A stretch of DNA of 64,000 nt, taken from NCBI GenBank assembly GCA_963817895.1, contig CAWFQB010000001.1:160001-224000 (forward strand). Direction: 5' to 3'. Numbering within the stretch: position 1 is the first letter of the stretch; each line of letters begins with the position of its first letter. Below are positions 11,979-21,315 of this stretch, one piece after another. The position numbers and the translations under genes are program-made. This DNA comes from an uncultured Chthonomonadaceae bacterium. GTDB lineage: Bacteria; Armatimonadota; Chthonomonadetes; Chthonomonadales; Chthonomonadaceae. A model generated the notes under the pieces. The model made no database searches, was not told the origin of the DNA, and saw nothing but the letters and a program-made list of their open reading frames with translations.

Positions 11979-12187
11979 AGACCGAAACTGTAACGCGGAG
12001 ATTGCGCCTGGTGGTAATGGTCGGCGCGCTTGCGCTGATGTTGGGAGCCGGAGCGAAAATCGCGCCGAACTCTCACCGTTCGGATGCGCCTACGGTCACG
12101 ATTTCCAGCGATGTCCTCAATGGCTCGCTTCAGATCGCGGATGGCAGCGAATCAACGGGTGGCGGCAAACCCAAGCCACACGGCTAA
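11975..12187 (+). CDS. Small secreted peptide precursor (70 aa), candidate signalling peptide
   Basis: ATGA overlap with the upstream stop; basic N-region, hydrophobic core and AGA cleavage site; polar tail LQIA-DGSESTGGGKPKPHG. Confidence 0.75.
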   Translation: MKTETVTRRLRLVVMVGALALMLGAGAKIAPNSHRSDAPTVTISSDVLNGSLQIADGSESTGGGKPKPHG

Positions 12188-12189
12188 GG

Positions 12190-12253
12190 AGTTGATAGTT
12201 CGTAGTTGATAGTTGATAGTTCTTGTGTGTCTATCAACTATAACCTATTAACT
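12190..12253. repeat. Inverted pair of heptamer tandem repeats (AGTTGAT / ATCAACT)
   Basis: agttgatagttcgtagttgatagttgatagtt ... ctatcaactataacctattaact. Confidence 0.7.
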
Positions 12254-12277
12254 TTCCAAGCCAGTATTCTATTGTTC

Positions 12278-12305
12278 AGCCCGCTTTCGCTTTAGAAAGC
12301 GGGCT
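12278..12305 (+). terminator. Hairpin, putative terminator of the sigma-TPR/peptide operon
   Basis: AGCCCGCTTTC-gcttta-GAAAGCGGGCT perfect 11-bp stem; U-tract weak. Confidence 0.6.
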
Positions 12306-12357
12306 TGCGTCCTGTGTCACCCGTTGTCGCTTTGATAAAGCCATCAGGGAGAGTGTT

Positions 12358-13338
12358 ATGCCTCGATGCGTGTTCTCAATTTTTGTGGGGGTTGCCGGGT
12401 TGTCGGCAACTTTGTCGCCTGTACAGGCGCAGCAGGCCGATGCCACGCTCCGGCTGATTCAGCAACAGCCGCCGGATCCGCCTGTTATCGGAATCGGGCG
12501 CAGGCAGCAGCGCAATGGCCTGGTTACCAATGAGGGACATACGACCGGATGGATACAAACGGAAACGCGGCGGATTGACAATGACCCGCACAAAGCGTAC
12601 GTGCTGCTCGCGCCGGGGGGACGGGGATACAACGGGCGGCGCAACGTCTTACGTTTTAACGATACGCCACGTCCATCGAACGACAAAGACACTGTGCCGG
12701 AGATGCCCTCAGCGGGTCTACTTGTGGTGCTGCCTCCGGCGGATGGCGACGGCACACTGGCCGCGCAATTCTGGGGCGAAGTGATGCGGAGCGTGCTGAA
12801 GGGCCGCTATTATGTAGCCGTTGCCGTCGCGCCGAAGTGGGCGGACGCGCAGACGTCTCCCTGGGTCACGGAAACTACCCTCAAACAGACGAAGGGAGCG
12901 ACCTTCACGACGGAAACCTTCGCGAAAGACATTGTAAACGACGTGAACACGGTTTACAACATTGATCCGCAGCGGGTGTTTCTGCACGGCGCGGCGGAAA
13001 GCGGATTGGCCGTATATGCCTGCTCCCTGGCGCCGCAAACGCCGTTCAAAGGGTTTTACATTCACGACGCGCCATTCCGCTCCGGGCAGTTGCCGCCCCT
13101 CGCCGCGTCACGCGGCAGGCGCTACTTTTTACAGCAGAGTCAGGACGACAAGACCGGCCCCCTGTGGATGGCCGAAGCCGCCCGCAAACTGCTTGGGGAG
13201 CGGGGCGCGACCGTAAAAGTGGCCCCCTATCACGGCACGGGCGCGTACAACTTTGCCGATAACAACCGCTGGGAACATTTAGGTGAGGCCATAACGTGGC
13301 TCGAATCCGGTTCCCAACCCATTGCCAAAATGAAGTAG
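12358..13338 (+). CDS. Secreted alpha/beta-hydrolase-fold protein (nucleophile elbow degenerate)
   Basis: Signal peptide; LLVVLP, YNIDPQRVFLHGAAESG, RYFLQQSQDD pattern. Confidence 0.65.
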   Translation: MPRCVFSIFVGVAGLSATLSPVQAQQADATLRLIQQQPPDPPVIGIGRRQQRNGLVTNEGHTTGWIQTETRRIDNDPHKAYVLLAPGGRGYNGRRNVLRFNDTPRPSNDKDTVPEMPSAGLLVVLPPADGDGTLAAQFWGEVMRSVLKGRYYVAVAVAPKWADAQTSPWVTETTLKQTKGATFTTETFAKDIVNDVNTVYNIDPQRVFLHGAAESGLAVYACSLAPQTPFKGFYIHDAPFRSGQLPPLAASRGRRYFLQQSQDDKTGPLWMAEAARKLLGERGATVKVAPYHGTGAYNFADNNRWEHLGEAITWLESGSQPIAKMK

Positions 13339-13504
13339 GGTGTTGTCTTGAACCCGGATTTTCAGGATTAAGGGATTATCAGGATTTTTAGAACGCGCGT
13401 CTGTCCGGTTGAATTATCGTTCGCCGTATTGCAGAATTTCTATGAGGAAGACCGGTCCAATCCCGTTAATCCGCTATCTTGAAAATTCGGGTTCAGACAG
13501 AATT

Positions 13505-13532
13505 CGCCCGCCGCAAACAGTTGCGGCGGGCG
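13505..13532. terminator. Hairpin between convergent genes
   Basis: CGCCCGCCGCAA-acag-TTGCGGCGGGCG perfect 12-bp stem. Confidence 0.6.
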
Positions 13533-13566
13533 TTGTTGCCGGTATCGGCAACCAGCAGACAAAAAA

Positions 13567-14502
13567 CTATTTTTTAGAGGCGAGTTCTTCGTAGGGCGGA
13601 GCTATTTCGCGAGTTCGAGAAACGTACATCGTTCCATGCCCGCCCGGCTTCGGCTGCGCGACAGCAGTATCTTCGATGATGCGTCCGCTGGCCCATAACG
13701 AATACTCTGTAAATCCCCTGTTGAGGGAATGGGCCAGTCGTATATCGGGATGATTGGTAAAGCCGCCCCGGAACCTGTTCGTCGATGCTCCGCGAAGTTT
13801 CGTAATTGGTTCCCAGGTAAACATGCATTCGTCTGCGCTCAGGAATTGAAGCGTTAGTCCTGCGCCCTCTTTCGGGAGAACGCCCGGCAGCGCGTCCCAT
13901 ACTTTTTGCAGCGATTCGGACTGGCTAAACCGATCCACAATCAGCATTTGACGCAACTCCGATTTGTGCTGCATGGCCCAGGGCTTCCACAAAAGGCGCA
14001 GTTGGTAGGCTTTCACGCGAAACTTTGCGCTGTCCTCCGGGCGAAACGCCGCAGGAGTTGCAGCGCCAGAAGGAACAACAGAGGGTGTTCGTATCTGCGG
14101 GCCGGTTAAATATACAAAAAGAGCATGTTGCAGATTGTAGACAAGTCTCGGCCCACATACCGCAACGACCAGTGCCGCGCTTACCGTCATCGCCCATATC
14201 CTGCGCCGTTGCCGTCTGCCCATATCGCCATTTCGATCAAGCACAACGTCTTCGTGAAACGTTTGTGGCATTTCCGCGCCGCTCAGTTCCGGCAGTCGCG
14301 CCATGAGCGCGGCGTAAACATGCGGTGGCGTGGCCTCCCTCGCCAGATTTTGCAAACCGGTTTCGATTTGCCGCATTTGTGTCTGTTCTTCCCGGCACTC
14401 TGGACAGGCGCGGCAGTGCCGGCGCAGTTTCCAGGCTTGTATCGGTGACAATCTTTCACTCTCACGCGAGGCAATCTGCGCGCGGCTCGGTTTGCTGCAC
14501 AT
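13567..14502 (-). CDS. Zinc-binding (zf-HC2) transmembrane anti-sigma factor
   Basis: LRRHCRACPEC (HxxxCxxC); single TM; overlaps the 3' end of the ECF sigma; AAGGAG RBS. Confidence 0.85.
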   Translation of the reverse strand: MCSKPSRAQIASRESERLSPIQAWKLRRHCRACPECREEQTQMRQIETGLQNLAREATPPHVYAALMARLPELSGAEMPQTFHEDVVLDRNGDMGRRQRRRIWAMTVSAALVVAVCGPRLVYNLQHALFVYLTGPQIRTPSVVPSGAATPAAFRPEDSAKFRVKAYQLRLLWKPWAMQHKSELRQMLIVDRFSQSESLQKVWDALPGVLPKEGAGLTLQFLSADECMFTWEPITKLRGASTNRFRGGFTNHPDIRLAHSLNRGFTEYSLWASGRIIEDTAVAQPKPGGHGTMYVSRTREIAPPYEELASKK

Positions 14503-15073
14503 CGTTGCACTCCTTCTCAACGGCGTGAAGCAGGGCTGCCATTTGCTTTTTTGCCTGCCACACGCGCCATTTGGTTGTCGTCAGCGGCTCGTTCATCACT
14601 TCCGCCGCTTCTCGTTGCGTCAATCCCTGCGCAGTGACCAGCAGCAGGGCTTCGCGAAAAAGCGGCTGCAATTGCGCCAGCGCACGTTCCAGAGTCAGGG
14701 CGTCAATCACGCCCGCTTCCATTCCGCCGCCACCCGCCACAGGCATAATCATAATTGTGGTTTCGGGTTCCCCACTCCATTCTTCTATGAATGGAACTGT
14801 TTCCGGCGCGTATTGGCGGCTGCGGTCACGCCACCGTCGGGACGCGATGCCGAGCAGCCATGTCAGCAGGCGCGAACGCCCCTGAAAGCTGTCGCGCCCC
14901 TGCCATGCGGCGAGAAACACCTCCTGCACAATGTCCTCCGCGTCGCTCCGGCTGCCGCTCAGACGCAGCGCGAAGCCCATCACGCGATCCGCATACTGCG
15001 CGTACAGCAGTTGAAAGCCGCGTGGATTGCCCGCCCGTATCAGTTGAAGCAGTTCTTGTTCGTTGTCCCGCAT
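14462..15073 (-). CDS. ECF RNA polymerase sigma factor (sigma-24 type)
   Basis: DAEDIVQEVFLAAW, LLTWLLGIA, region 4 QGLTQREAAEVM...TTKWRV. Confidence 0.95.
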   Translation of the reverse strand: MRDNEQELLQLIRAGNPRGFQLLYAQYADRVMGFALRLSGSRSDAEDIVQEVFLAAWQGRDSFQGRSRLLTWLLGIASRRWRDRSRQYAPETVPFIEEWSGEPETTIMIMPVAGGGGMEAGVIDALTLERALAQLQPLFREALLLVTAQGLTQREAAEVMNEPLTTTKWRVWQAKKQMAALLHAVEKECNDVQQTEPRADCLA

Positions 15074-15158
15074 AAAATTTGCCCTCACCTACTTGGTAGC
15101 GGAAGGGGCGGAAATAGTTAGTGGCTGACGGCTACTATTTAATGCCGAATGAGAACTT

Positions 15159-15188
15159 CATGTTGGGCGCAGCAAGCAACGCCCCTAC
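15159..15188 (-). repeat. GTAG-type REP element (second copy at 58008)
   Basis: Reverse complement GTAGGGGCGTTGCTTGCTGCGCCCAACATG matches 58008-58037 at all but one base. Confidence 0.75.
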
Positions 15189-15220
15189 AAACCTGAAGTT
15201 TTCATACGCTGTTAGTATAT

Positions 15221-18200
15221 CTAATGCTTGATGCCTTCATCCTCTTTCGATTGTGGGGCGAGAACGCGGTAGGGACGCACGGCCTGCGTCAGCCCTTTCA
15301 CCTGTACCGGTTCGCCGACCACGAACACAAAGGCGTCTCGCGTCTCCTGAAAAACCTCTTCGCTGACGATAATATCCCCGCCATTCGCAATAGATTGCAG
15401 GCGCGCGGCCACTACGACCGTCAGGCCCATCGCGGTATAGTTCACCTGCTGTTTGGAATTGCCCACCAGCCCGACAATCGCGTCGCCATAGTGCAGGGAG
15501 ATGCCGAAATTGAGTACGGGTTTGCCGTTTCGCGCCTGCCACGTAGATAGGGCGAGTACGGCTTCGCGCATGGCAAGCGCGGCGCTGACGGCCCGCGAAA
15601 TGTCTTCCTGTACAGCAAGCGCGGCTTGCTCTGTTCGCGTAGTCTCTTTTTGTTGGGAAGGAGTAAGCTGAAAAAATGCCATCAGGCCATCCCCTGTGTA
15701 TTTATCCAGAATTCCGCCATGCGCGTGCAGCGCGTCCGTGAGCGCGGTCATGTAAGCGTTGATAACCTCCAGAACTTCCGTTGCGTCGTGCTGCTCGGCA
15801 AACGCGGTGAACTGGCGCGCGTCGGCGAACAACACACAGATTTTCTCGCGAACGCCGCCCATTTGCAGTTCCTGCCCGTGCTGTTTCAGCCACGCCTGTA
15901 GCATGTGGGGAGCCACAAACCGCCCGAACAGTTCCGACACGCGCAGTTTGTCCACCCGTTCGCGCGTAAAGCGGAACTGCGTGGCAAGCGCGGCGGTGGC
16001 TGCCATTGTCAGCAGAGGAAGCACGGGATCAAACCAGTAACCGCCCAGGAGATATTCCGCAATGCTGCCTGCAATCACGAGAAACAGCGGAATCAGCAAT
16101 CGAATCGCGGATTCCAGCGGCTCATGCCGCGCGCAGGTATAGCCAACGGCCATGCCGAGCAGCAGCGTGAGGAGTTCAAATGTGAGCGGTGGCGCGCGTT
16201 GAAAGGCTTCCTGCGACAACAGAGTGGCGGTGGCATACGCCTGCGCTTCGGGCAGGGTCATCACCCCGGCAGACGTGGAAACCATCGGATGCGGCGTTGA
16301 ATCCAGAAACACCACGCGCCCGCGCAGCATGTCTGCGGCAGGTTTCCATTCTCCCTCCGCTTCCCCGGAATCCTCTGAATCCTCTGAGTTTTTCGGCGGC
16401 TGCAAACCCTGCGGTTTGCCAGGCGGCGTTGGCGGCGGAGGCGCGGCAGGATGTTCCCCGGTGGCGGCAGGACGCAGCGAAAGCATGGGCGCGTTGGCGC
16501 GGACTTCGGCATAGGTGGCGCGCAGAAAGTCCTCGCGCGGCCCCTCGCCGACAAAATCAATCATTACGCTGTCCGGGTATACCTGCGGTCTGGCGCAGCC
16601 GGGAATGTCGCGCAGGGAGGTAAGTTGAGGGTTGAAAATTATGTCTTTCCCATGTCCTTCCCGCTCTGCGGGTGGACGCCCGGATTGAGGGGCGTGTCCT
16701 TCTCCCCGTGTTGACGCCCCGATGATAGGTGGAGGGTTACTGTTTGCAGGTGGATGCGCGCCGGCAGGGGGCGTGTCGGGCAGGGTTGCCGGCTGGCTCA
16801 AAGGCAAAACCGTTTGAAGATCGGCGCACAGCAGGGCCGGCAGGGGCGGTCTTCCCGTCCAGGTTTCGGGCACAACGGGCAGATAGGTGGCAGGGGAACG
16901 GAGCATTGTCGCGTTGCCCACAGTGGGCGCGGCTGTTTCCAACCGTTGTATGATGGTATCGTCGGCATGGGCGATGGGAGGGACCGCCAGCACAACATCG
17001 GGTGAGCGGCGTAGTACAGCGGCCAGTCTGCCCGCGTCGCGCCGGTTCCGCTCCACATCATGGCTGTTAGGAGCCAGTCCCTCGTTGCGGGATGTCCAGG
17101 TGTCAATCATCCGGTTGTACAGATAGGGCAGGGGCAGAACGATACGCGCCGCGCCCCGTTTGCGCAGCAATTCGATCATGTCCGCCTGCACCGCAGCTTC
17201 GGACCGCTGACTCGCGTCATACCGCGTTTGCGCGTCCATGCGCAGGATAACAAATCGGTCGCGCGGGCCAGGAGCGGGCCGCATGAGATGGGGCAGCGAA
17301 ACAAACGGCAGGTTTCGCGCCGTATGAAGGCGCGTGAGCGTTGTCAGGGCAAGGCTTTGCAGGGGGCCGGTAAACCGGGGCGGCACATTCAAGACCAGTG
17401 TGGCAATCGCAAGTCCCAAAACGACGCCGCGCAGGTCGAGCGTGTAGAGCGTTTTGTCCGTCGCCCGTTTTGTCCCGAAGGAAGATATGGGTATGCGCCA
17501 GCGCCATACAAGGCATCGGGTAAGCGCGCGGGTGAAAGGCTGAAGCCAGTGACGCAGGGGACGCGCCGAGCTTTGCAGCGTGTGGATATACAGGCGCGTC
17601 AGCAGAGGGAAACTAAAAAAACACAGGCTTAATCCCAACATATCCAGACCCGGATTGTCCGGCGTGAACGTTAGCGCGAGCATAAACACGATGGCGGACG
17701 CCATGCTGAGAGTGATTCCGGCGCGGGCGGAGCGTTCGCTGTCGCCACTCCGCCTGCCCGCAAACGAACCGATGGCCGCGCCGAGCAGGGCGATCACCCA
17801 AAAAACGCAAAATAGTGCGAACCAGATCGGCAGCAGCCAGATAGCGCCGTTGGCATCCACTTCACCGGGCGCTACAGAAATCGTGTTCAGATTGTTCAGG
17901 GCTTTGTACTGAACGGTATAAATCAACAGCCCGCCGATAACGGACAGGCAAACGGCCCACCGCAGGGCGCTGTCGCGAGTGTGCCACACGGCCCGCCCGT
18001 GAACCATAACCCACACAGCGGCAATCAGGCCGTAGCCGATGTTCAGGGATATCCAGATTCCTGTCAAGCCCTGCCGCCAGTGAGCCGACACCATCGCGGC
18101 AAGAACCACCATTACCAGAAGGGCGCGCTCCGCCATGCGCAGCCGGGGCCGCCAGTGTTGCCACCATGCGCCAATCCGCAGGCGCAACCCCGGACGGCGC

Positions 18201-18250
18201 GGGGCAAGTTCGGAGGATACAGGCAGAGACTTATCGGGGTTTTCATTCAT
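15221..18250 (-). CDS. Membrane-bound class III adenylate/guanylate cyclase with CHASE2-like sensor
   Basis: VLFADARQFT, GILDKYTGDGLMAFF, GISLHYG, NYTAMG, VKG motifs; multiple TM helices. Confidence 0.92.
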   Translation of the reverse strand: MNENPDKSLPVSSELAPRRPGLRLRIGAWWQHWRPRLRMAERALLVMVVLAAMVSAHWRQGLTGIWISLNIGYGLIAAVWVMVHGRAVWHTRDSALRWAVCLSVIGGLLIYTVQYKALNNLNTISVAPGEVDANGAIWLLPIWFALFCVFWVIALLGAAIGSFAGRRSGDSERSARAGITLSMASAIVFMLALTFTPDNPGLDMLGLSLCFFSFPLLTRLYIHTLQSSARPLRHWLQPFTRALTRCLVWRWRIPISSFGTKRATDKTLYTLDLRGVVLGLAIATLVLNVPPRFTGPLQSLALTTLTRLHTARNLPFVSLPHLMRPAPGPRDRFVILRMDAQTRYDASQRSEAAVQADMIELLRKRGAARIVLPLPYLYNRMIDTWTSRNEGLAPNSHDVERNRRDAGRLAAVLRRSPDVVLAVPPIAHADDTIIQRLETAAPTVGNATMLRSPATYLPVVPETWTGRPPLPALLCADLQTVLPLSQPATLPDTPPAGAHPPANSNPPPIIGASTRGEGHAPQSGRPPAEREGHGKDIIFNPQLTSLRDIPGCARPQVYPDSVMIDFVGEGPREDFLRATYAEVRANAPMLSLRPAATGEHPAAPPPPTPPGKPQGLQPPKNSEDSEDSGEAEGEWKPAADMLRGRVVFLDSTPHPMVSTSAGVMTLPEAQAYATATLLSQEAFQRAPPLTFELLTLLLGMAVGYTCARHEPLESAIRLLIPLFLVIAGSIAEYLLGGYWFDPVLPLLTMAATAALATQFRFTRERVDKLRVSELFGRFVAPHMLQAWLKQHGQELQMGGVREKICVLFADARQFTAFAEQHDATEVLEVINAYMTALTDALHAHGGILDKYTGDGLMAFFQLTPSQQKETTRTEQAALAVQEDISRAVSAALAMREAVLALSTWQARNGKPVLNFGISLHYGDAIVGLVGNSKQQVNYTAMGLTVVVAARLQSIANGGDIIVSEEVFQETRDAFVFVVGEPVQVKGLTQAVRPYRVLAPQSKEDEGIKH

Positions 18251-20533
18251 ACGAATTTTCCACAGGAGCCGAACGCGCCTGAACCTCTGGCAGCAAAAGA
18301 CGCTCTCTATCCGCCGCCTGTGTCAGCGCCCACGCGAACCCGAACAGCATAATCATGGCCGCCGCCGTCACGCCCGAATCATTAAACAGCAGCGACGCGA
18401 CGGCTCCGGCGATAAGGCCGTAGGAGGTTGAGAGTTGAGAGTTGAGAGTTGAGAGGAATTCTTTTCCCTTTTCCCTTTTCCCTCTTCCCTCTTCTTGTAT
18501 CTCGTATCTCGTATCTTGTATCTCTTCTTTTCCCTCTTCTCCCTGTCTCCTCTTCTCCCTGTCTCCTTGTCTTCCCATATAGACGAAACCCAACGTCGCA
18601 ACAATCAGAGCCGCGCTCCAGGGGCTGTGCAGCAGAAGATGACCTTCCAGCAACAGTTTGCGGGACGCGGCGGCGAACAGGCCACCGCCGGAACCGGCGA
18701 ATGTCCGCGCAAAGTGCGACTGCCCGGAGATGCCGCGCCGCATGTCCAGCAGGAGCAGACCGGCCAACCCCAGCGCTACCCCGACGCCAACAAGAAGCAG
18801 GTCGCGCCCGCGCAATTTCCCGCGCCACAACATCAGCCCCTGTACGCCAAACGCGATTCCCGCTGAAGGAATCGCGCCCACCTTCGCGCCGAACCGGTTG
18901 TAGCCGAGGAGGAAGAGGAGGAGGAGAAAAGGAGAAAAGGAGAAAAGGAGAAAAGGAGAAAAAGCATCTCGTTCCACTTTTTGCCCGTTAGACAACACCT
19001 TATTATTGTCTCTCCTCTCCTCTTCTCCTCTTCCTGCCAAAATACACGCCGCGCCGATGACCACGCCCATGTACTCGTTGCCGATGCCGTAGAAGCGGGC
19101 GGCTTCCATGATGGAGTAGCTCATCCAGGCTTGTCGCAGCAGGAGGGAGCCGGAAAGCAGGTCGAGAGCGATAGCGCCGAGCAGAACGGCAAACAGGATG
19201 GTGAGCAGCAGGGGAACGCCGTGCCGGGAGGGATACAAACGCCACGCAGTTCCGGCAAAGGCAAGCGTGACGATTGCCAGCATCGCGCCTGCGCCCGGAA
19301 TGGATTGGGGAACGAAGGGCAGGGAGGGCAGCATCAGCAGGGCGAACGGCAGGGCTACGATGGCGGCGCAGCAGGCGCAGGCGAAACGGCGCTGATTCCG
19401 CTGATAACATCCCAACGCCGCAATGACAAGCAGCATTTGCAGCGTAGGCAGGCCGCCGTACACATCTTTCAAGCGTTCGGACTGCAAAACGCGGTCATGC
19501 GCGGCCTGCCAGTCGGCAAGCGTATTGAGTTGGGGCGGGGGCTGAACGTGAAACGCGCGTCCGATTGCGCCTGGCAAGAGTGGCAATCCCCAGGCGTCGG
19601 CAACAGAAGGCAGGAAATCGGTGTTGACCACAATGCCGGGTACGCGAGTGGAGGGCGAAGTCAATGTACCGGCAGGCGCGTCGCGGCCCCACATCAGAAT
19701 CGGCGCAAGGCGATCTCGAACTTCCGTTGAAGCGGCAGGCGCGGGCGACACTAGCAAGAATCGAATCGGTGAGCCGGATGTTGTCTGCATCTGAGCGCGA
19801 ATGTTGGTCAGCAGGCTATCCAGAAAACGCAACGTTATAAGGCGTTGCGCGTCCCGTTGCGCGGGCAGGCAAAACGGGCCGTAACTGTCCGCCCGCGCCA
19901 GATCGCCGAACACGAGAACCGTCAGCGCGTCCCGTTCCGACAGGTTGGCAAGAGCGCGTTGCAGCATGGCAGCATCGTCGCGCCTGCCATACGGCGCGTA
20001 AATCGCCCCGGTATCGGTCAACGTTTGTGGCTGCGCGACATCCACGCGCCCCGCATCGTCCCCTGCAAGCAGCAGGCCCTCCCCCTGAATCGTATCCGTA
20101 TCGGCGTTACCGTAAACGGCTGTGCGCCAGCCTTGCGCATGGGCCAGAGCGCCGATTGATTTCATGGGTGTCGGGTGTTGTGGATTGCGCAAGGGCGCGT
20201 GTGCCGTTGCCGAGAGTGAGGGACAGGGAAGGGAGCGTGTCGCGCCCGTCGGCGGTTAGTTGGCGGGGATTGCCGGCGCGGGCGGCGCGGCATACCATCC
20301 AGCCTGCCGCTCCCTCGCTGCGCAGGGCTGTCAGACCGGGCAGGGGGCAGCGCGTCAGGTCATCGGCGCGCAGACCGGGAACCAGCAATACCACAACGCG
20401 ATGGGCAGGAACGGAGGGCGTTTGCGCGATTGCAGGCGCAATGCCGCCGAACAGCAGGAACCACAACAGCGCGGTGAGGGGGCAGGCACACGCCCGCAGC
20501 AGCAACGCCGCCGTATGTCGGGATAGTCGGCAT
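18243..20533 (-). CDS. Multi-pass membrane protein with alkaline-phosphatase-like extracytoplasmic domain; frameshifted near 20170-20190, start uncertain
   Basis: RVVVLLVPGLRADDL...AAGWM in ORF 20107-20763 continues into ORF 18243-20192 (LTSPSTRVPGIVVNTDF, ARFYGIGNEYMGV, NDSGVTAAA). Confidence 0.7.
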
Positions 20534-20761
20534 TGTTGAAACTGTTGAAAGTGTTGAAGTTGTTGAAAAAGTGAATTGGTCACATCGTCATTATGCCGCA
20601 GTATAAAAACAGTGTCAAGGCGCGAAATCAGCAGGGCAAGCGCGGAACATTTCGGCGGCAAACAGGTCAAAAGAAAGAATACGCATGAAACCCCCTTTTC
20701 ATGCGGACGCTGACCCTGCTTGCATCCCCTGCCGCTACGCGCGGCTTGCATGGGAGAGTTC

Positions 20762-21079
20762 ATGATGGAACCCTGGCGGCTATCCGTTCACCCGATTTAT
20801 GGAGCCATTTATCGAGACGGCGAATTTGTGCAGCGCGGCGCGATACTGGGCCTGAACACGCAGGCCAATGGCGTTGTCGTGGCCCCGGCCAGCGGGTGGG
20901 TTCGCGTGGTACGCGCCTCCGCTTCTGACGATTCGCTAAAATCATCCTCTGAATCCGTCCCGCAAAACGCTGCCAGAAACAATGTTATAGATAGTTCTAG
21001 AGACAGTTCTAAAGACAATTCCAAAGAAACGCGGGTTGACTACATACTGGTAGAAATCTGGCCGCAATCCCGAACGTAG
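20762..21079 (+). CDS. Small protein with biotinyl/lipoyl-like hybrid motif lacking the attachment lysine
   Basis: DGEFVQRGAILG...VVAPASGWV; GGGAG RBS. Confidence 0.5.
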   Translation: MMEPWRLSVHPIYGAIYRDGEFVQRGAILGLNTQANGVVVAPASGWVRVVRASASDDSLKSSSESVPQNAARNNVIDSSRDSSKDNSKETRVDYILVEIWPQSRT

Positions 21080-21315
21080 CGCGTCTTACTGGTGTTCGGT
21101 ACTCGGTACTCGGTGTTGCTGATGTCGCCGTTTTCGTATCCCTGTCACGTTGCAGTTCCCCCGCGAATTTCCTCTCTTTTGCCCCTTGATATAGTAGACA
21201 AAAGCATACTTTCGTGTTACAATAAACTACTTGAACCAATTTCCGCTTCTGAATAGATAGAACAGGCCGCTTCCATTTTTGGAGTAGAGTTGGCCTGACG
21301 CAGAAAGGTATCGCT

